From: an uncultured Thermoplasmata archaeon | Lineage (GTDB): Archaea > Thermoplasmatota > Thermoplasmata > RBG-16-68-12 | Assembly (NCBI GenBank): GCA_963768855.1 | Contig: CAVYJM010000021.1 | Coordinates: 1 to 64,000 of the forward strand | DNA length: 64,000 nucleotides | Direction of reading: 5' to 3' | In this document: positions 1 through 8,972 of the stretch, one piece after another | Layout: the number at the start of each line of letters is the position of its first letter | Position numbering within the stretch: position 1 is the stretch's first letter | The notes under the pieces: model-generated | Database searches by the model: none | The model's input: the letters and a program-made list of their open reading frames with translations, nothing else | Told to the model about the DNA's origin: nothing | Position numbers and translations under genes: made by a program

Positions 1-89
1 AACATGGCATTCCGGTTTTTGACGAGCTGCACGACGCCATCCGGGCGATCGCTCATATCAATACCTACTACGGAGGAAGAAATACATGA
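1..89 (+). CDS. 3' end of an ADP-forming acyl-CoA synthetase alpha-type subunit (partial)
   Basis: The frame from position 3 reads HGIPVFDELHDAIRAIAHINTYYGGRNT*. GIPVF..h..A.RA is typical of the C-terminus of these ligases. The stop overlaps the next start (ATGA at 86-89). Confidence 0.6.
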   Translation, partial: HGIPVFDELHDAIRAIAHINTYYGGRNT

Positions 90-773
90 AAAATGATAAA
101 GCGATTAACATTATCGAAAAGGCCTTGCAGCAGGGACGCAAAACGCTCTCGGAATATGAGGCCAAGCAAGTTCTTGCCGCCTATGACATCCCGGTGACGA
201 AGGAAATTCTGGTCAAGGATAAAAATAATCTGGAAAAAGCCATTGGGAAAATCGGCTTCCCGCTGGTGATGAAAGGCTGCTCGGCGGAAATTGCCCACAA
301 GACGGAAAAGGGATTGATTCACGTGGACATCCGCACGGCCACGGAAGCCAAAAAAGCTTTCGTGCGAAATCATGGCCGGAATGGAAGGTTTTGACGGCGC
401 CGTTCTGATGCAGGAAATGATCAAGGGCCGGCGCGAACTGGTCATGGGAATGACGCGCGATCCGCAATTCGGCCCCTGCGTGATGTTCGGCCTGGGCGGC
501 ATTTTCACGGAAATTCTGCGCGACATTTCTTTCCGCCGCGCACCGCTGGAAATCCGTGACGCTCAGGACATGATGCAGGAAATCAAGGGACACAAAATTC
601 TGGACGCCGTCCGCGGCATGGAAGCGGCGGATAAAAAACTTCTGGCTCAAATGCTCATCAACCTCGGCCGAATCGGTCTGGATTTTCCGGACGTTATGGA
701 AATCGATCTCAATCCGGTCATTCTCTCCGGCGCAAAGCCTGTGGTGGTGGATGCGCTGATGGTGCTGAAGTAG
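86..773 (+). pseudogene. ADP-forming acetate/acyl-CoA ligase beta subunit (ATP-grasp), split by a 1-nt insertion near 365
   Basis: ORF 86..394 (LSEYEAKQVLAAYDIPV, GFPLVMK, AHKTEKG) and ORF 372..773 (ELVMGMTRDPQFGPCVMFGLGGIFTE, EIDLNPV, VVVDA) are consecutive halves of one protein. Removing one base in ttcgtgcgaaatc joins them. It may be a sequencing error rather than a true pseudogene. Confidence 0.8.
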
Positions 774-803
774 GCTTTTAGGCTGTAGGCTGTAGGCGAT
801 AGG
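771..803 (+). repeat. Short imperfect tandem repeat of TAGGC(TG) units
   Basis: taggcttttaggctgtaggctgtaggcgatagg directly after the stop codon. Confidence 0.5.
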
Positions 804-862
804 AATAAGGCGGGACTGCGGAACGCGGCGTATAATCTGATACTTCTGAGAAACATCAAAGT

Positions 863-1101
863 GTCATTGCGAGCAAAGCGAAGCAATCTCTGACCGTCAG
901 ATTGCCATCCTCTGGCCAGGGAGCACGGCAGGCTCCCGAGGGTCGCCTCCTAAGAAACTTGAATCAGTCATTGCGAGCAAAGCGAAGCAATCTCTAGTGG
1001 TTGGATTGCCACGGCTCCCGAGGGTCGCCTTCAAGGACAGCATGTGTTTCTTTCATAAATAACCCCGATATGTTGTGCCGGGGTAAATTGCTCGCAATGA
1101 C
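863..1101. repeat. REP-like palindromic repeat cluster (GTCATTGCGAG...GCAATCT type)
   Basis: Identical 29-mer gtcattgcgagcaaagcgaagcaatctct at 863-891 and 967-995. Identical ggctcccgagggtcgcct at 931-948 and 1013-1030. Inverted end ctcgcaatgac at 1091-1101. Confidence 0.75.
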
Positions 1102-1508
1102 AGGATCTGTTTCTTACGCTAATATCCAGTTCGCTGAACTGGTAAAATGCTCCTAATGTCGTGATGGCCTGAAGGTCACTCGATGGCACGTGCGGTGGCA
1201 TGAAGACACACACGTTATCATCGACGGCCGATAGACATAAAAACACGGAGCAGAGAAAATAAGAACTCCACGGTAGAACAAACACGGCAACTCGATCGTC
1301 CGAATGTTGCCGCTTGTCAAAAAACCCATAAAAAAATTGCTGCGTGTTTGCTGATCATAAGGATCATTCGCGGAATGCAATCATCAATATTCATTTGATT
1401 TCAAATAAGATTTTGTGTAGAAGGTAAATCATTCCCATAAATAGATATTACACAAAAAGTCAGAATTTTTTTAATTGTTGCGTATATTAGTTGTTAGGGG
1501 AAAAATAC

Positions 1509-1627
1509 ATGAAGCTATATAAATATAAGTCTCTTGGCGCGGGGAGATGGTTTTTTACATGCATTAGAGATGGTTGTAAAGCAACGTATCTATCTATCAA
1601 CATGTGATGCAATGAATGATCCTGATG
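1509..1627 (+). pseudogene. N-terminal fragment of a DUF2971-like protein, cut at the sequence junction
   Basis: After removing one G from the run at 1541-1544 it reads [38 protein letters not shown], resembling the LYKY.S...LY.....LNDP start of DUF2971 proteins. Confidence 0.5.
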
Positions 1628-2491
1628 ACCGGCGTGACACGCGGCATGGGTGCGGGCGGGAAGCCCGAGATCGGGGAGCGGTGCGCGGAAATCGCGGAGC
1701 AGGAGCTCCGCAATCTCATTGGCGACGCAGATCTCACCTTCGTAACCGTGGGCTTAGGCGGAGGGACGGGGACCGGCGTCGCCCCTTATATTGCGGAACT
1801 CGCGCAGGCCGCAGGCAGCGTGGTCATCACGATGGCCACGACGCCGTTCAAGGCGGAGCGCGGCCGCATGGTGAACGCGCTGGCGGGGATCCAGCGCCTC
1901 AAGGCCGTGTCGGACAGCCTGATCGTCCTGGACAACAACCGGCTCCTGGACCTCGTCCCGAACCTGCCCGTCGAGCAAGCCTTCGCCGTGATGGACCACC
2001 TCATCAGCGAGGTGATCAAGGGCGTCACGGAGTCGATCACGCTGCCCTCCCTGATCAACCTCGACTTCAACGACGTCCGCACGATCCTCCAGGGCGGAGG
2101 CACGTCTACGATCTTCTACGGCGAGAACGCGGAGGAGGATCCGGCGAAGCTGGTCGCCGAGACCCTCGAGAATCCCCTCTTCGACGTGGACTACCGCGGC
2201 GCGCGGGGCGCGTTGATTCACATCAGCGCCGGGCCCGGGATGCGCCTCCGGACGGCCCACGAGATCGTCGAGGGCCTCACTGCCCAGATGCGTCCCGAGG
2301 CCAACGTCATCTTCGGCGTGCGCGTGGACCGGAAGTACGAGGGCATCGTCCGGGTCCTCGCGATCATGACGGGGGTGCGTTCACCCCTCCTCGAGTCCGT
2401 CGATCCGACCGTGGCCTTTGCCGACGATCCCAGCCTCGCCCTGGTGTCGGAGGTCGTGCCCCTCGCGTCCTCCGTTTCTCGGCGGCGCTGA
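1628..2491 (+). CDS. ftsZ: Cell division protein FtsZ, 5'-truncated
   Basis: [14 protein letters not shown], tubulin signature [33 protein letters not shown]. The N-terminal GGGG.N segment (roughly 70 aa) is absent. Confidence 0.92.
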   Translation, partial: TGVTRGMGAGGKPEIGERCAEIAEQELRNLIGDADLTFVTVGLGGGTGTGVAPYIAELAQAAGSVVITMATTPFKAERGRMVNALAGIQRLKAVSDSLIVLDNNRLLDLVPNLPVEQAFAVMDHLISEVIKGVTESITLPSLINLDFNDVRTILQGGGTSTIFYGENAEEDPAKLVAETLENPLFDVDYRGARGALIHISAGPGMRLRTAHEIVEGLTAQMRPEANVIFGVRVDRKYEGIVRVLAIMTGVRSPLLESVDPTVAFADDPSLALVSEVVPLASSVSRRR

Positions 2492-2563
2492 GCCTCCTGC
2501 CTTGAGGGCGCGCAGGGGAGGGCCTAGCCCGGATGCCGGCTTCTCCAAACTCGGATGCTCGGA

Positions 2564-3268
2564 TCACTGAGGCGGCGGCGGGGGCGGCGCGGACATCTGG
2601 ACCGGAGCGGGCTGCGGGGCCGCATCGGCCTCGATGGCCTGGGTCAGGTCTGCCGGCTTCAGGCGCACGCGGACGGTCTCGGGCCTCGGCTTGATGAGGT
2701 TCCAGCCCGCCTTCGTGATCATCCCTCCCGCCACGGCCATCGCGAGGAGCATGCCGGTCGTCAGGAGCACCACCGCGAGGGGCAGGAGCGCGCTCCCGAG
2801 ATCGAGATTCACGTTGAGCTGCGAGCTCGGGTCGCCCGCGCTCACGCCGGAGCGCGTCCCGGTCGCGTTGACCTCGACCTGGGCGAACGCGCGGCTCTGG
2901 TGGTTGTCGGCATCGTGGACGATGAGGCTCACCTGATAGCCTCCGGGGCTGGCGTAGTTGTGCGGGCCGGGGTTCTGCCCGGACGCGCCCTGTCCGTCTC
3001 CGTAGTCCCAATTCCAGGATGTGATGGAGGCCGCGCCGGCCTGGGAGTTGTCCTGGGTGTTGAGCGTGAGGCCGTCACTGTTCCAGTTGAACGACGCCGT
3101 GGGAGGCGTCGCCTGCTGGCTTGCGGGCACCTGCCCCTGGACGAAACTCCCCGGGCTCTGGGCGAGGGCGTACGCCTGGGTGAACGTGAACAGGAGGAGG
3201 ACGAGGCCGAGGGCCAGGACGCCGATTCCGAGGAGAAGGTCGACCGTGTCGCGTTTCAGATGACTCAC
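2564..3268 (-). CDS. Membrane protein with a PKD domain between two TM segments
   Basis: GTG start at 3268. Hydrophobic N-terminus, PKD motif PTASF...SWNWDYGDG...HNYASPGGYQVSLIV, second TM segment, Pro-rich tail. Confidence 0.75.
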   Translation of the reverse strand: MSHLKRDTVDLLLGIGVLALGLVLLLFTFTQAYALAQSPGSFVQGQVPASQQATPPTASFNWNSDGLTLNTQDNSQAGAASITSWNWDYGDGQGASGQNPGPHNYASPGGYQVSLIVHDADNHQSRAFAQVEVNATGTRSGVSAGDPSSQLNVNLDLGSALLPLAVVLLTTGMLLAMAVAGGMITKAGWNLIKPRPETVRVRLKPADLTQAIEADAAPQPAPVQMSAPPPPPPQ

Positions 3269-3345
3269 CGCGCGTTCAACGTCGGGAAGCCTGCTTAAAG
3301 AAGAGCAGGCGATTTTCACGTCTGAGAATAGGATTCTTGCGGCGG

Positions 3346-5256
3346 TCAGCCACGGAACGTCGGGCGGGCGCTGACGAGCACGTTCTCGGCGAGCGAGCGG
3401 AACGGCCGTCCCGCGGTCTGCGCCAGGACGACCTCGTGGAGCTCCTCCACGGCCATCTCCTTCTGTTCCTTCGTGGCCCGAACGCGCACGTTGAGCTTCC
3501 CCGACTCGATCTCCTTCTTGCCCACGACGACGATGAACGGGACCCAGTCCTTCTCCGCGCGGCGGATCTTCTTGCCCAGGGTGTCGTTCGTGTCGTCCAG
3601 GTCCGCCCGCACCCCGTCGAACCCGGCGAGGAGCTTCCGCGCATGGTCGAGCTGGTCCTCGCTCACCGGGATGATCCGGACCTGGGTGGGCGAGAGCCAG
3701 AGGGGGAGCATCGGCGGCTTCCCCGCCTTGATGTCGGCCGCGGCCTTCTCGAGGAGCGCGTACAGCACGCGTTCGACCGCGCCGCTCGGCGAAAGGTGGA
3801 GGATGAGCGGGTGCCGCTTCGCGCCCTTCTCGTCCACGTAAGTGATTCCGAAGCGCTCCGCGTTCTCCGTGTCGATCTGGTCCGTCGTGAGCGCTGCGGC
3901 CTTGTCGTTCGCGTCGACGAAGTTCCACTCGTACTTCAGGATGAAGTAGAAGAACTGATCGGACCACATTTCGACGAGCAGCGGCTTGCCCCAGCGCCTC
4001 GCGTACGCCTTCACGAAGTCGCCATGCTCCTTCCAGAACGGCTCCGTGACGCGCATCCCGACCTCGAAATCGTCGGGCAGGGTGAAGCCGCAGTCCTGGA
4101 GGAGCTTCCAGGCGACCTCGAGGCGGACCATCATGTGCTCCTTGGCCATCGCGACATCCGCCACGAGCGCGTGGCAGTCCGGCATCGTGAAGGCCCGCAG
4201 CCGGCGGAGGCCCGCGAGCTCGCCACGCTGCTCCGCGCGGAACGAGTAGCGGGTGAGCTCGTACAGCGGGAGGGGGAGCTGCTTGTACGACAGGACCATG
4301 TCCTTCATGATGAGGAACTGGCCGAAGCACGCGCTGAACCGGAGGAAGGCTTTCTTGTTCGGGGTCTGGACGACGTACTGACGAGCCGGGAAGCGGTTCA
4401 GATAGGACTTCAGCGCGGGGTGCTCGAAGTCGTACATGACGGGGCACTCGACCTCCATGGCCCCGTACTCCCGCACCCGCTTGGAGACGAACTCCTCCAG
4501 GAGCGCTTTGATGAGCCGGCCGCGCGGATAGTACCTCAGGTTCCCCGGGTCCGACCCGGGCTCGTAGTCCACGAGCTCGAGCTCCTGCATGAGGCGGACG
4601 TGGGGCGGCTCCTCCTTCACCTCGCGGGACTTCGCCATCTCGTACTGCGCGAAGCGCCGCAGGCGGTCGTGGCCCTTGAAATCGAACCCCGCGACCCTTC
4701 CTTCCTGGATGGCGAGCGGATGGAGTTCACCGTTCAGGTCGAGGATGTACCAGTGCGAGACCAGTTTCTGCTCTGCTTTGAGCGCCTCGTTCGCCATCTC
4801 CTTGGGCTCCTCGCTCGTTGCCGGAACGGCTTCCGCGACGATCTCGCGGGAGAGTTCGCTGAGCGGGTGGCCCTTCACGCTGACCTGGAAGGACTTGTAG
4901 TAGCCGAAGGGGGAAGCGTGGACCTCGTATCCTCGCTTCACGAGTTCGGCCTCGAGGGCCGCGAGGACGGCCTGCGCGGGCTCGGGTGCGGCGAGGTCGG
5001 AGCTCAGATGGGCATACGGATACAGGGCGATGCGCTTCGTGTGGACCTGGCCCGCGACGTCCTCGACGTTCTTGGCGGCCGCGAGGGCAGCCGCCTTCGG
5101 GTCCTTCTCGTCGCGCTTCTCCGCGCTGATGAAGCATACGAGGGCTTCGTCCACGCGACCGTGCTTGCGCTCCTGCGGGATCTCGCCGATGGACTTGAGC
5201 GCCTTGCCCGTCACCTCGTACTCGAGGTAGTCCACGTGGAGGAAGAGGACGCGCAT
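3346..5256 (-). CDS. thrS: Threonyl-tRNA synthetase, archaeal type
   Basis: Starts MRVLFLHVDYLEY. Archaeal editing domain with YPYAHLSS and PFGYYKSF. Class II core with FSACFGQF, FRAEQRGEL, HLSPSGAVER. Anticodon domain PLWLSPTQVRIIP. Confidence 0.96.
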   Translation of the reverse strand: MRVLFLHVDYLEYEVTGKALKSIGEIPQERKHGRVDEALVCFISAEKRDEKDPKAAALAAAKNVEDVAGQVHTKRIALYPYAHLSSDLAAPEPAQAVLAALEAELVKRGYEVHASPFGYYKSFQVSVKGHPLSELSREIVAEAVPATSEEPKEMANEALKAEQKLVSHWYILDLNGELHPLAIQEGRVAGFDFKGHDRLRRFAQYEMAKSREVKEEPPHVRLMQELELVDYEPGSDPGNLRYYPRGRLIKALLEEFVSKRVREYGAMEVECPVMYDFEHPALKSYLNRFPARQYVVQTPNKKAFLRFSACFGQFLIMKDMVLSYKQLPLPLYELTRYSFRAEQRGELAGLRRLRAFTMPDCHALVADVAMAKEHMMVRLEVAWKLLQDCGFTLPDDFEVGMRVTEPFWKEHGDFVKAYARRWGKPLLVEMWSDQFFYFILKYEWNFVDANDKAAALTTDQIDTENAERFGITYVDEKGAKRHPLILHLSPSGAVERVLYALLEKAAADIKAGKPPMLPLWLSPTQVRIIPVSEDQLDHARKLLAGFDGVRADLDDTNDTLGKKIRRAEKDWVPFIVVVGKKEIESGKLNVRVRATKEQKEMAVEELHEVVLAQTAGRPFRSLAENVLVSARPTFRG

Positions 5257-5280
5257 GCCTCGGGGCCTATTCCTTGAAGG

Positions 5281-5286
5281 TATAAA
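5281..5286 (-). promoter_or_regulatory. Archaeal TATA box of thrS
   Basis: TTTATA on the minus strand about 25 nt upstream of the ATG at 5256. Confidence 0.6.
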
Positions 5287-5341
5287 GTTCCTGCGCGGAG
5301 ACCGCCTACGCTGAAATAGGCCGCCGCCGTTGGCTCCTCGC

Positions 5342-6208
5342 ATGGCCGACCCCGCGAAGGTCTGGCGCCACCGGACCGGGGAGATCGTCCTCGACCGGAC
5401 TCGGGTCATGGGTGTCCTGAACGTCACGCCGGACTCGTTCTCCGACGCGGGCGTCCACTACGAATACGACGCGGCAGTCCGGCGGGGGCTCGAGATCGCC
5501 GATCAGGGGGCCGACCTGATCGACATCGGTGGGGAATCGACACGGCCAGGGTCCGATTCGGTCTCCGCGGAGGAGGAATGGCGGCGCGTGGGCAAGGTGA
5601 TCGAGACCCTCGCCCGGAAGGTCGACGTCCCCCTCTCGATCGACACGATGAAGGTCGAGGTGGCCGGGAAGGCCGTCGACGCGGGCGCATCCGTCGTCAA
5701 TGACGTGTCCGGGATGCGGGACCCTGCGTTCATACGTCTGATCGCTTCGCGTCAGGTCGGCGTCGTGGCGATGCACATGCTCGGCAACCCGAAGACGATG
5801 CAGCAGAACCCGCAGTATGCGGACGTCGTCGGTGAGGTCAGGGGATTCCTGGCCGCGCGCATCGGCGCCCTGGAGGCCGCAGGGGTTCCCGCCGACGCTA
5901 TTGCGGTGGATCCAGGCATCGGCTTCGGGAAATCCATGGATCACAACCTCGCCTTGTTGCGGGGCCTCCCCGATCTCGCCGCCCTGGGGCATCCCGTGGT
6001 TATCGGCGTCTCGCGCAAGTCCTTCATCGGGAAGCTGGGAGCGGGCGACCCGGGGGAGCGCCTTCCCGGGAGCCTGGCCGCCGCGACCCTCGCGGTTGCG
6101 CGTGGAGCCCAAGTGGTTCGGGCCCACGACGTCCTCGAGACCGTCTGCGCGATGCGGGTCGCGGATGCCCTCGTCGCGCGTGGCGGACCTCGCTCGCCAA
6201 ACCTTTAA
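5342..6208 (+). CDS. folP: Dihydropteroate synthase
   Basis: VMGVLNVTPDSFSD, DIGGESTRPG, SIDT, VNDVSG, DPGIGFGK, SRKSF, RAHDV. Confidence 0.95.
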   Translation: MADPAKVWRHRTGEIVLDRTRVMGVLNVTPDSFSDAGVHYEYDAAVRRGLEIADQGADLIDIGGESTRPGSDSVSAEEEWRRVGKVIETLARKVDVPLSIDTMKVEVAGKAVDAGASVVNDVSGMRDPAFIRLIASRQVGVVAMHMLGNPKTMQQNPQYADVVGEVRGFLAARIGALEAAGVPADAIAVDPGIGFGKSMDHNLALLRGLPDLAALGHPVVIGVSRKSFIGKLGAGDPGERLPGSLAAATLAVARGAQVVRAHDVLETVCAMRVADALVARGGPRSPNL

Positions 6209-6209
6209 T
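6204..6209 (+). promoter_or_regulatory. Archaeal TATA box of purP
   Basis: TTTAAT about 24 nt upstream of the ATG at 6233. Confidence 0.55.
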
Positions 6210-6232
6210 CTCGGGGTGACATTCGGTCGATA

Positions 6233-7297
6233 ATGGTAACCCGCAAGGCGATCGGGTCGGTAGCGGAAGACTATCGAGACATCGTCGTCGCCACGGTCTG
6301 TTCTCATTCCTCCCTCCAGATCTTCCACGGTGCGCGTCAGGAGGGTTTCAAGACCCTCGGCATCGCCATCGGGAAGCAGCCTCGCTTCTATGACGCCTTC
6401 CCGCTCGCAAGGCCGGACGAGTTCCTCCTCGTAGACTCCTACAAGGAAATCGCGGATCACGCGGACGATCTCATCGCCCGCCAGGTCGTCACGGTCCCCC
6501 ACGGCTCGTTCGTGGAGTACATGGGGGCCGACACGTTCGCGAAGCTCCGCGTTCCGACGTTCGGCAACCGGAGCGTTTTGGCGTGGGAGTCGGACCGGGA
6601 GAAGCAGCGCGACTGGCTGACCTCCGCTGGTGTCCCCATGCCCAAGAAGATCGCGCGCCCCGAGGACATCGACAGCCCTGTCTTCGTCAAGTACTACGGC
6701 GCCAAGGGAGGCCGCGGTTCCTTCATCGCGAAGAACCACGACGAGTTCGTGGCTGCGATCAAACCTGGGCTGAAGTACGCAATCCAGGAGTATGTCGTCG
6801 GCACACGGTACTATCTCCAGTTCTTCTACTCGCCCATCGCGGACGGCGGCTACCGGCTGTCCAAGGGTTCCCTCGAGATGCTCGGGATCGACCGGCGAGA
6901 CGAGGCGAACATCGACGAGATGTACAAGCTCGGTGCCCAGGAACGGCTGCGGGAGCTGGAGATCTACCCGACGTTCGTGGTCACGGGGAACATGCCCGTG
7001 GTCCTCCGCGAGTCTCTGCTCCCGAAGGCTTTCGAGATGGGCGAGCGGACCGTGGAGAAGTCGATTGAGCTCTTCGGCGGGATGATCGGGCCATTCTGTC
7101 TCGAGACAATCGTCACGGATCGGCTCGAGTTCAAGGTCTTCGAGGTATCGTCCCGGATCGTCGCGGGGACGAACCTGTTCATCTCCGGCTCGCCCTACGC
7201 GGATCTCCTGGAGCCGGGGATGTCCTCGGGGCGGCGGATCGCGCGGGAGATCCGCGTCGCCCAGAAACGTGGGATGCTCGGCGAGATCCTCAGCTGA
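6233..7297 (+). CDS. purP: 5-formaminoimidazole-4-carboxamide ribonucleotide synthase (formate-dependent, ATP-grasp)
   Basis: ATVCSHSSLQIFHGARQEGF, VPHGSFVEY, GAKGGRGSF, FVVTGNMPVVLRES, GPFCLE, FEVSSRIVAGTN. Confidence 0.93.
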   Translation: MVTRKAIGSVAEDYRDIVVATVCSHSSLQIFHGARQEGFKTLGIAIGKQPRFYDAFPLARPDEFLLVDSYKEIADHADDLIARQVVTVPHGSFVEYMGADTFAKLRVPTFGNRSVLAWESDREKQRDWLTSAGVPMPKKIARPEDIDSPVFVKYYGAKGGRGSFIAKNHDEFVAAIKPGLKYAIQEYVVGTRYYLQFFYSPIADGGYRLSKGSLEMLGIDRRDEANIDEMYKLGAQERLRELEIYPTFVVTGNMPVVLRESLLPKAFEMGERTVEKSIELFGGMIGPFCLETIVTDRLEFKVFEVSSRIVAGTNLFISGSPYADLLEPGMSSGRRIAREIRVAQKRGMLGEILS

Positions 7298-7383
7298 GCC
7301 GTGGTGCGCCGGGACCCCTGATTTCGGGCCAGGATTCCCACGGGAAAACGCTTTTATGGCGTACGCTGACTGGCCGTGAGCCC

Positions 7384-8268
7384 ATGGCGGACAACACGAC
7401 GAACGTCATCATCGTCGTCCTCGTCTTCGTGATGATCGTCGTCACGTGGCTCGAACTGCGGTACCTGCGGCGTCGTTCCAAGTCCCGCAAACAGAAGGAG
7501 GCGTCGCGGCCGGAGGAGCTGCAGGACGAGGCCCACAACGCCCTCCTCACGACCCGCGCGATCGCATCCACCCTGGCGGAACATGGCGGAGTCCGGAGCG
7601 ACGACGTGGACTCCGTCCTGCGGGAGGCGCAGATGGCCTACAATCGCCGCAACTACCGGGTGGCCATCGACCTCACGAAGCGGGCGAAGGACCGTCTCGT
7701 CACCCTCCGGAGCCAACAGGCTGCGCAAGGCGACATCGCCAAGCTCGACAGCGTCCCCCCCGATTCTGAGTCCGAGGAGACCACGACCAAGGAGATTCTC
7801 CAGAAGGAGTACCCGCCGAACCTCGTCCCATCCAAGTTCGCTATCTCGGTCGCCGAGTCTTCCATCGAAGTGGGCGTGGCGTCGGGCCGCGACGTCGTTC
7901 AGGCGCGCGCCCTCCTGGTATCTGCGAAGGCGCGGTACGACGCGAAGGACTATTCCGGTGCCCTGACTGTTGCGCGCCAGGCCGAGAAGGCCGCGAAGGG
8001 CGAACCCGTGTCCGCCCCAGGCCCGGCCCCGCCGAGTCCGGTGCCCGCGGAGATTCCGCCTGTCGCCGCGACCTCGGTTCCCCCCGCGCCGGCCGCGGTG
8101 GCGGTCGGGAGCGCTTGTCCTTCGTGCGGCGCGCCGATGAAACCCGACGACGCGTTCTGTCGCAAATGCGGAACCCGCGTGGTCCTCACGAACTGCCCGA
8201 CGTGTCGCGCGCCCCTCCTGGCAGATGACGCATTCTGCAGGAAGTGTGGCACGCGAATCCAGCGATAA
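7384..8268 (+). CDS. Membrane-anchored double zinc-ribbon protein
   Basis: N-terminal TM, helical middle, Pro/Ala linker, then CPSCG..FCRKCG and CPTC..FCRKCG. TATA-like TTTTAT at 7352-7357. Confidence 0.8.
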   Translation: MADNTTNVIIVVLVFVMIVVTWLELRYLRRRSKSRKQKEASRPEELQDEAHNALLTTRAIASTLAEHGGVRSDDVDSVLREAQMAYNRRNYRVAIDLTKRAKDRLVTLRSQQAAQGDIAKLDSVPPDSESEETTTKEILQKEYPPNLVPSKFAISVAESSIEVGVASGRDVVQARALLVSAKARYDAKDYSGALTVARQAEKAAKGEPVSAPGPAPPSPVPAEIPPVAATSVPPAPAAVAVGSACPSCGAPMKPDDAFCRKCGTRVVLTNCPTCRAPLLADDAFCRKCGTRIQR

Positions 8269-8338
8269 CGACGTCCTTTCGTGGCCTACACGCACGTCAG
8301 ATAAACCTTAATAGTGGACACCCTCCATCCCATTCCCA

Positions 8339-8659
8339 ATGGCGATGGGTAACGACATGGAACAGGCTCTGACAGCCCTCTACGGCGAGGATCAGGTCGC
8401 CGCGGTCATTACCCTGAAGGTGGACACGAAGGAAGCGGATCGGATCGCCACGGAAATCGCCAAGTTCGAGGTGATCCAGGACGTGTTCCTGGTCACCGGG
8501 GACACGGACATCGTCGCGAAGGCGCGGTTTAAGAACTACAAGGGGCTCAAGGACTTCGTCCTCACGAACCTCGCGCCGATCCCCGGGATCAAGGACACGA
8601 AGACGCTGATGGTCGTGACCACCTACAAGGAAGCTGGACAGGCGAGGTCGCAAAGGTGA
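8339..8659 (+). CDS. Stand-alone Lrp/AsnC ligand-binding (RAM) domain protein
   Basis: VFLVTGDTDIVAK...IPGIKDTKTLMV. No HTH seen. TATA CTTAATA at 8307-8313. Confidence 0.8.
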   Translation: MAMGNDMEQALTALYGEDQVAAVITLKVDTKEADRIATEIAKFEVIQDVFLVTGDTDIVAKARFKNYKGLKDFVLTNLAPIPGIKDTKTLMVVTTYKEAGQARSQR

Positions 8660-8689
8660 GGGCACGGGTCAGGGCCTGGAGGTGGTACG

Positions 8690-8950
8690 ATGGACAGCGA
8701 GACGAAGCTCAAACAAGTGGTGGACGTCCTCGACTCGATTTCCGAGGACACGTCCGTCCCCCGCAACATCCGACGCGGGGCCGCCGACGCGAAGGCCCGA
8801 CTCTCGAAGAAAGGTGAAGCCCTCGACCTGAGGGTCACGAGCGCCATCATGATCATGGATGACCTCGCGAACGACCCGAACATCCCCCTGCACGGTCGGA
8901 CGTTGATCTGGAACGTCATCTCCCAGCTGGAGACCGTGACGAAGCCTTAA
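8690..8950 (+). CDS. UPF0147 family protein
   Basis: DTSVPRNIRR, LANDPNIPLHGRTLIW, the archaeal UPF0147 pattern. Confidence 0.85.
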   Translation: MDSETKLKQVVDVLDSISEDTSVPRNIRRGAADAKARLSKKGEALDLRVTSAIMIMDDLANDPNIPLHGRTLIWNVISQLETVTKP

Positions 8951-8972
8951 CCCAGCCTCGTGATACGGGCCT

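Noticed and set aside
1-1627. Horizontal transfer of bacterial DNA into the archaeon
   Set aside because: Genes on both sides are cut mid-domain with no mobile-element features; a technical join is simpler.
1534-2505. 323-aa ORF spanning the composition change
   Set aside because: Chimeric: its start is the DUF2971-like fragment and the rest is an off-frame reading of ftsZ.
3337-5277. Very long antisense or alternate-frame ORFs (also 13785..15656, 15658..18375, 23300..25351, 33089..34864 and others)
   Set aside because: They shadow well-supported genes, have Arg/Gly/Pro-rich low-information sequence, and are expected in high-GC DNA.
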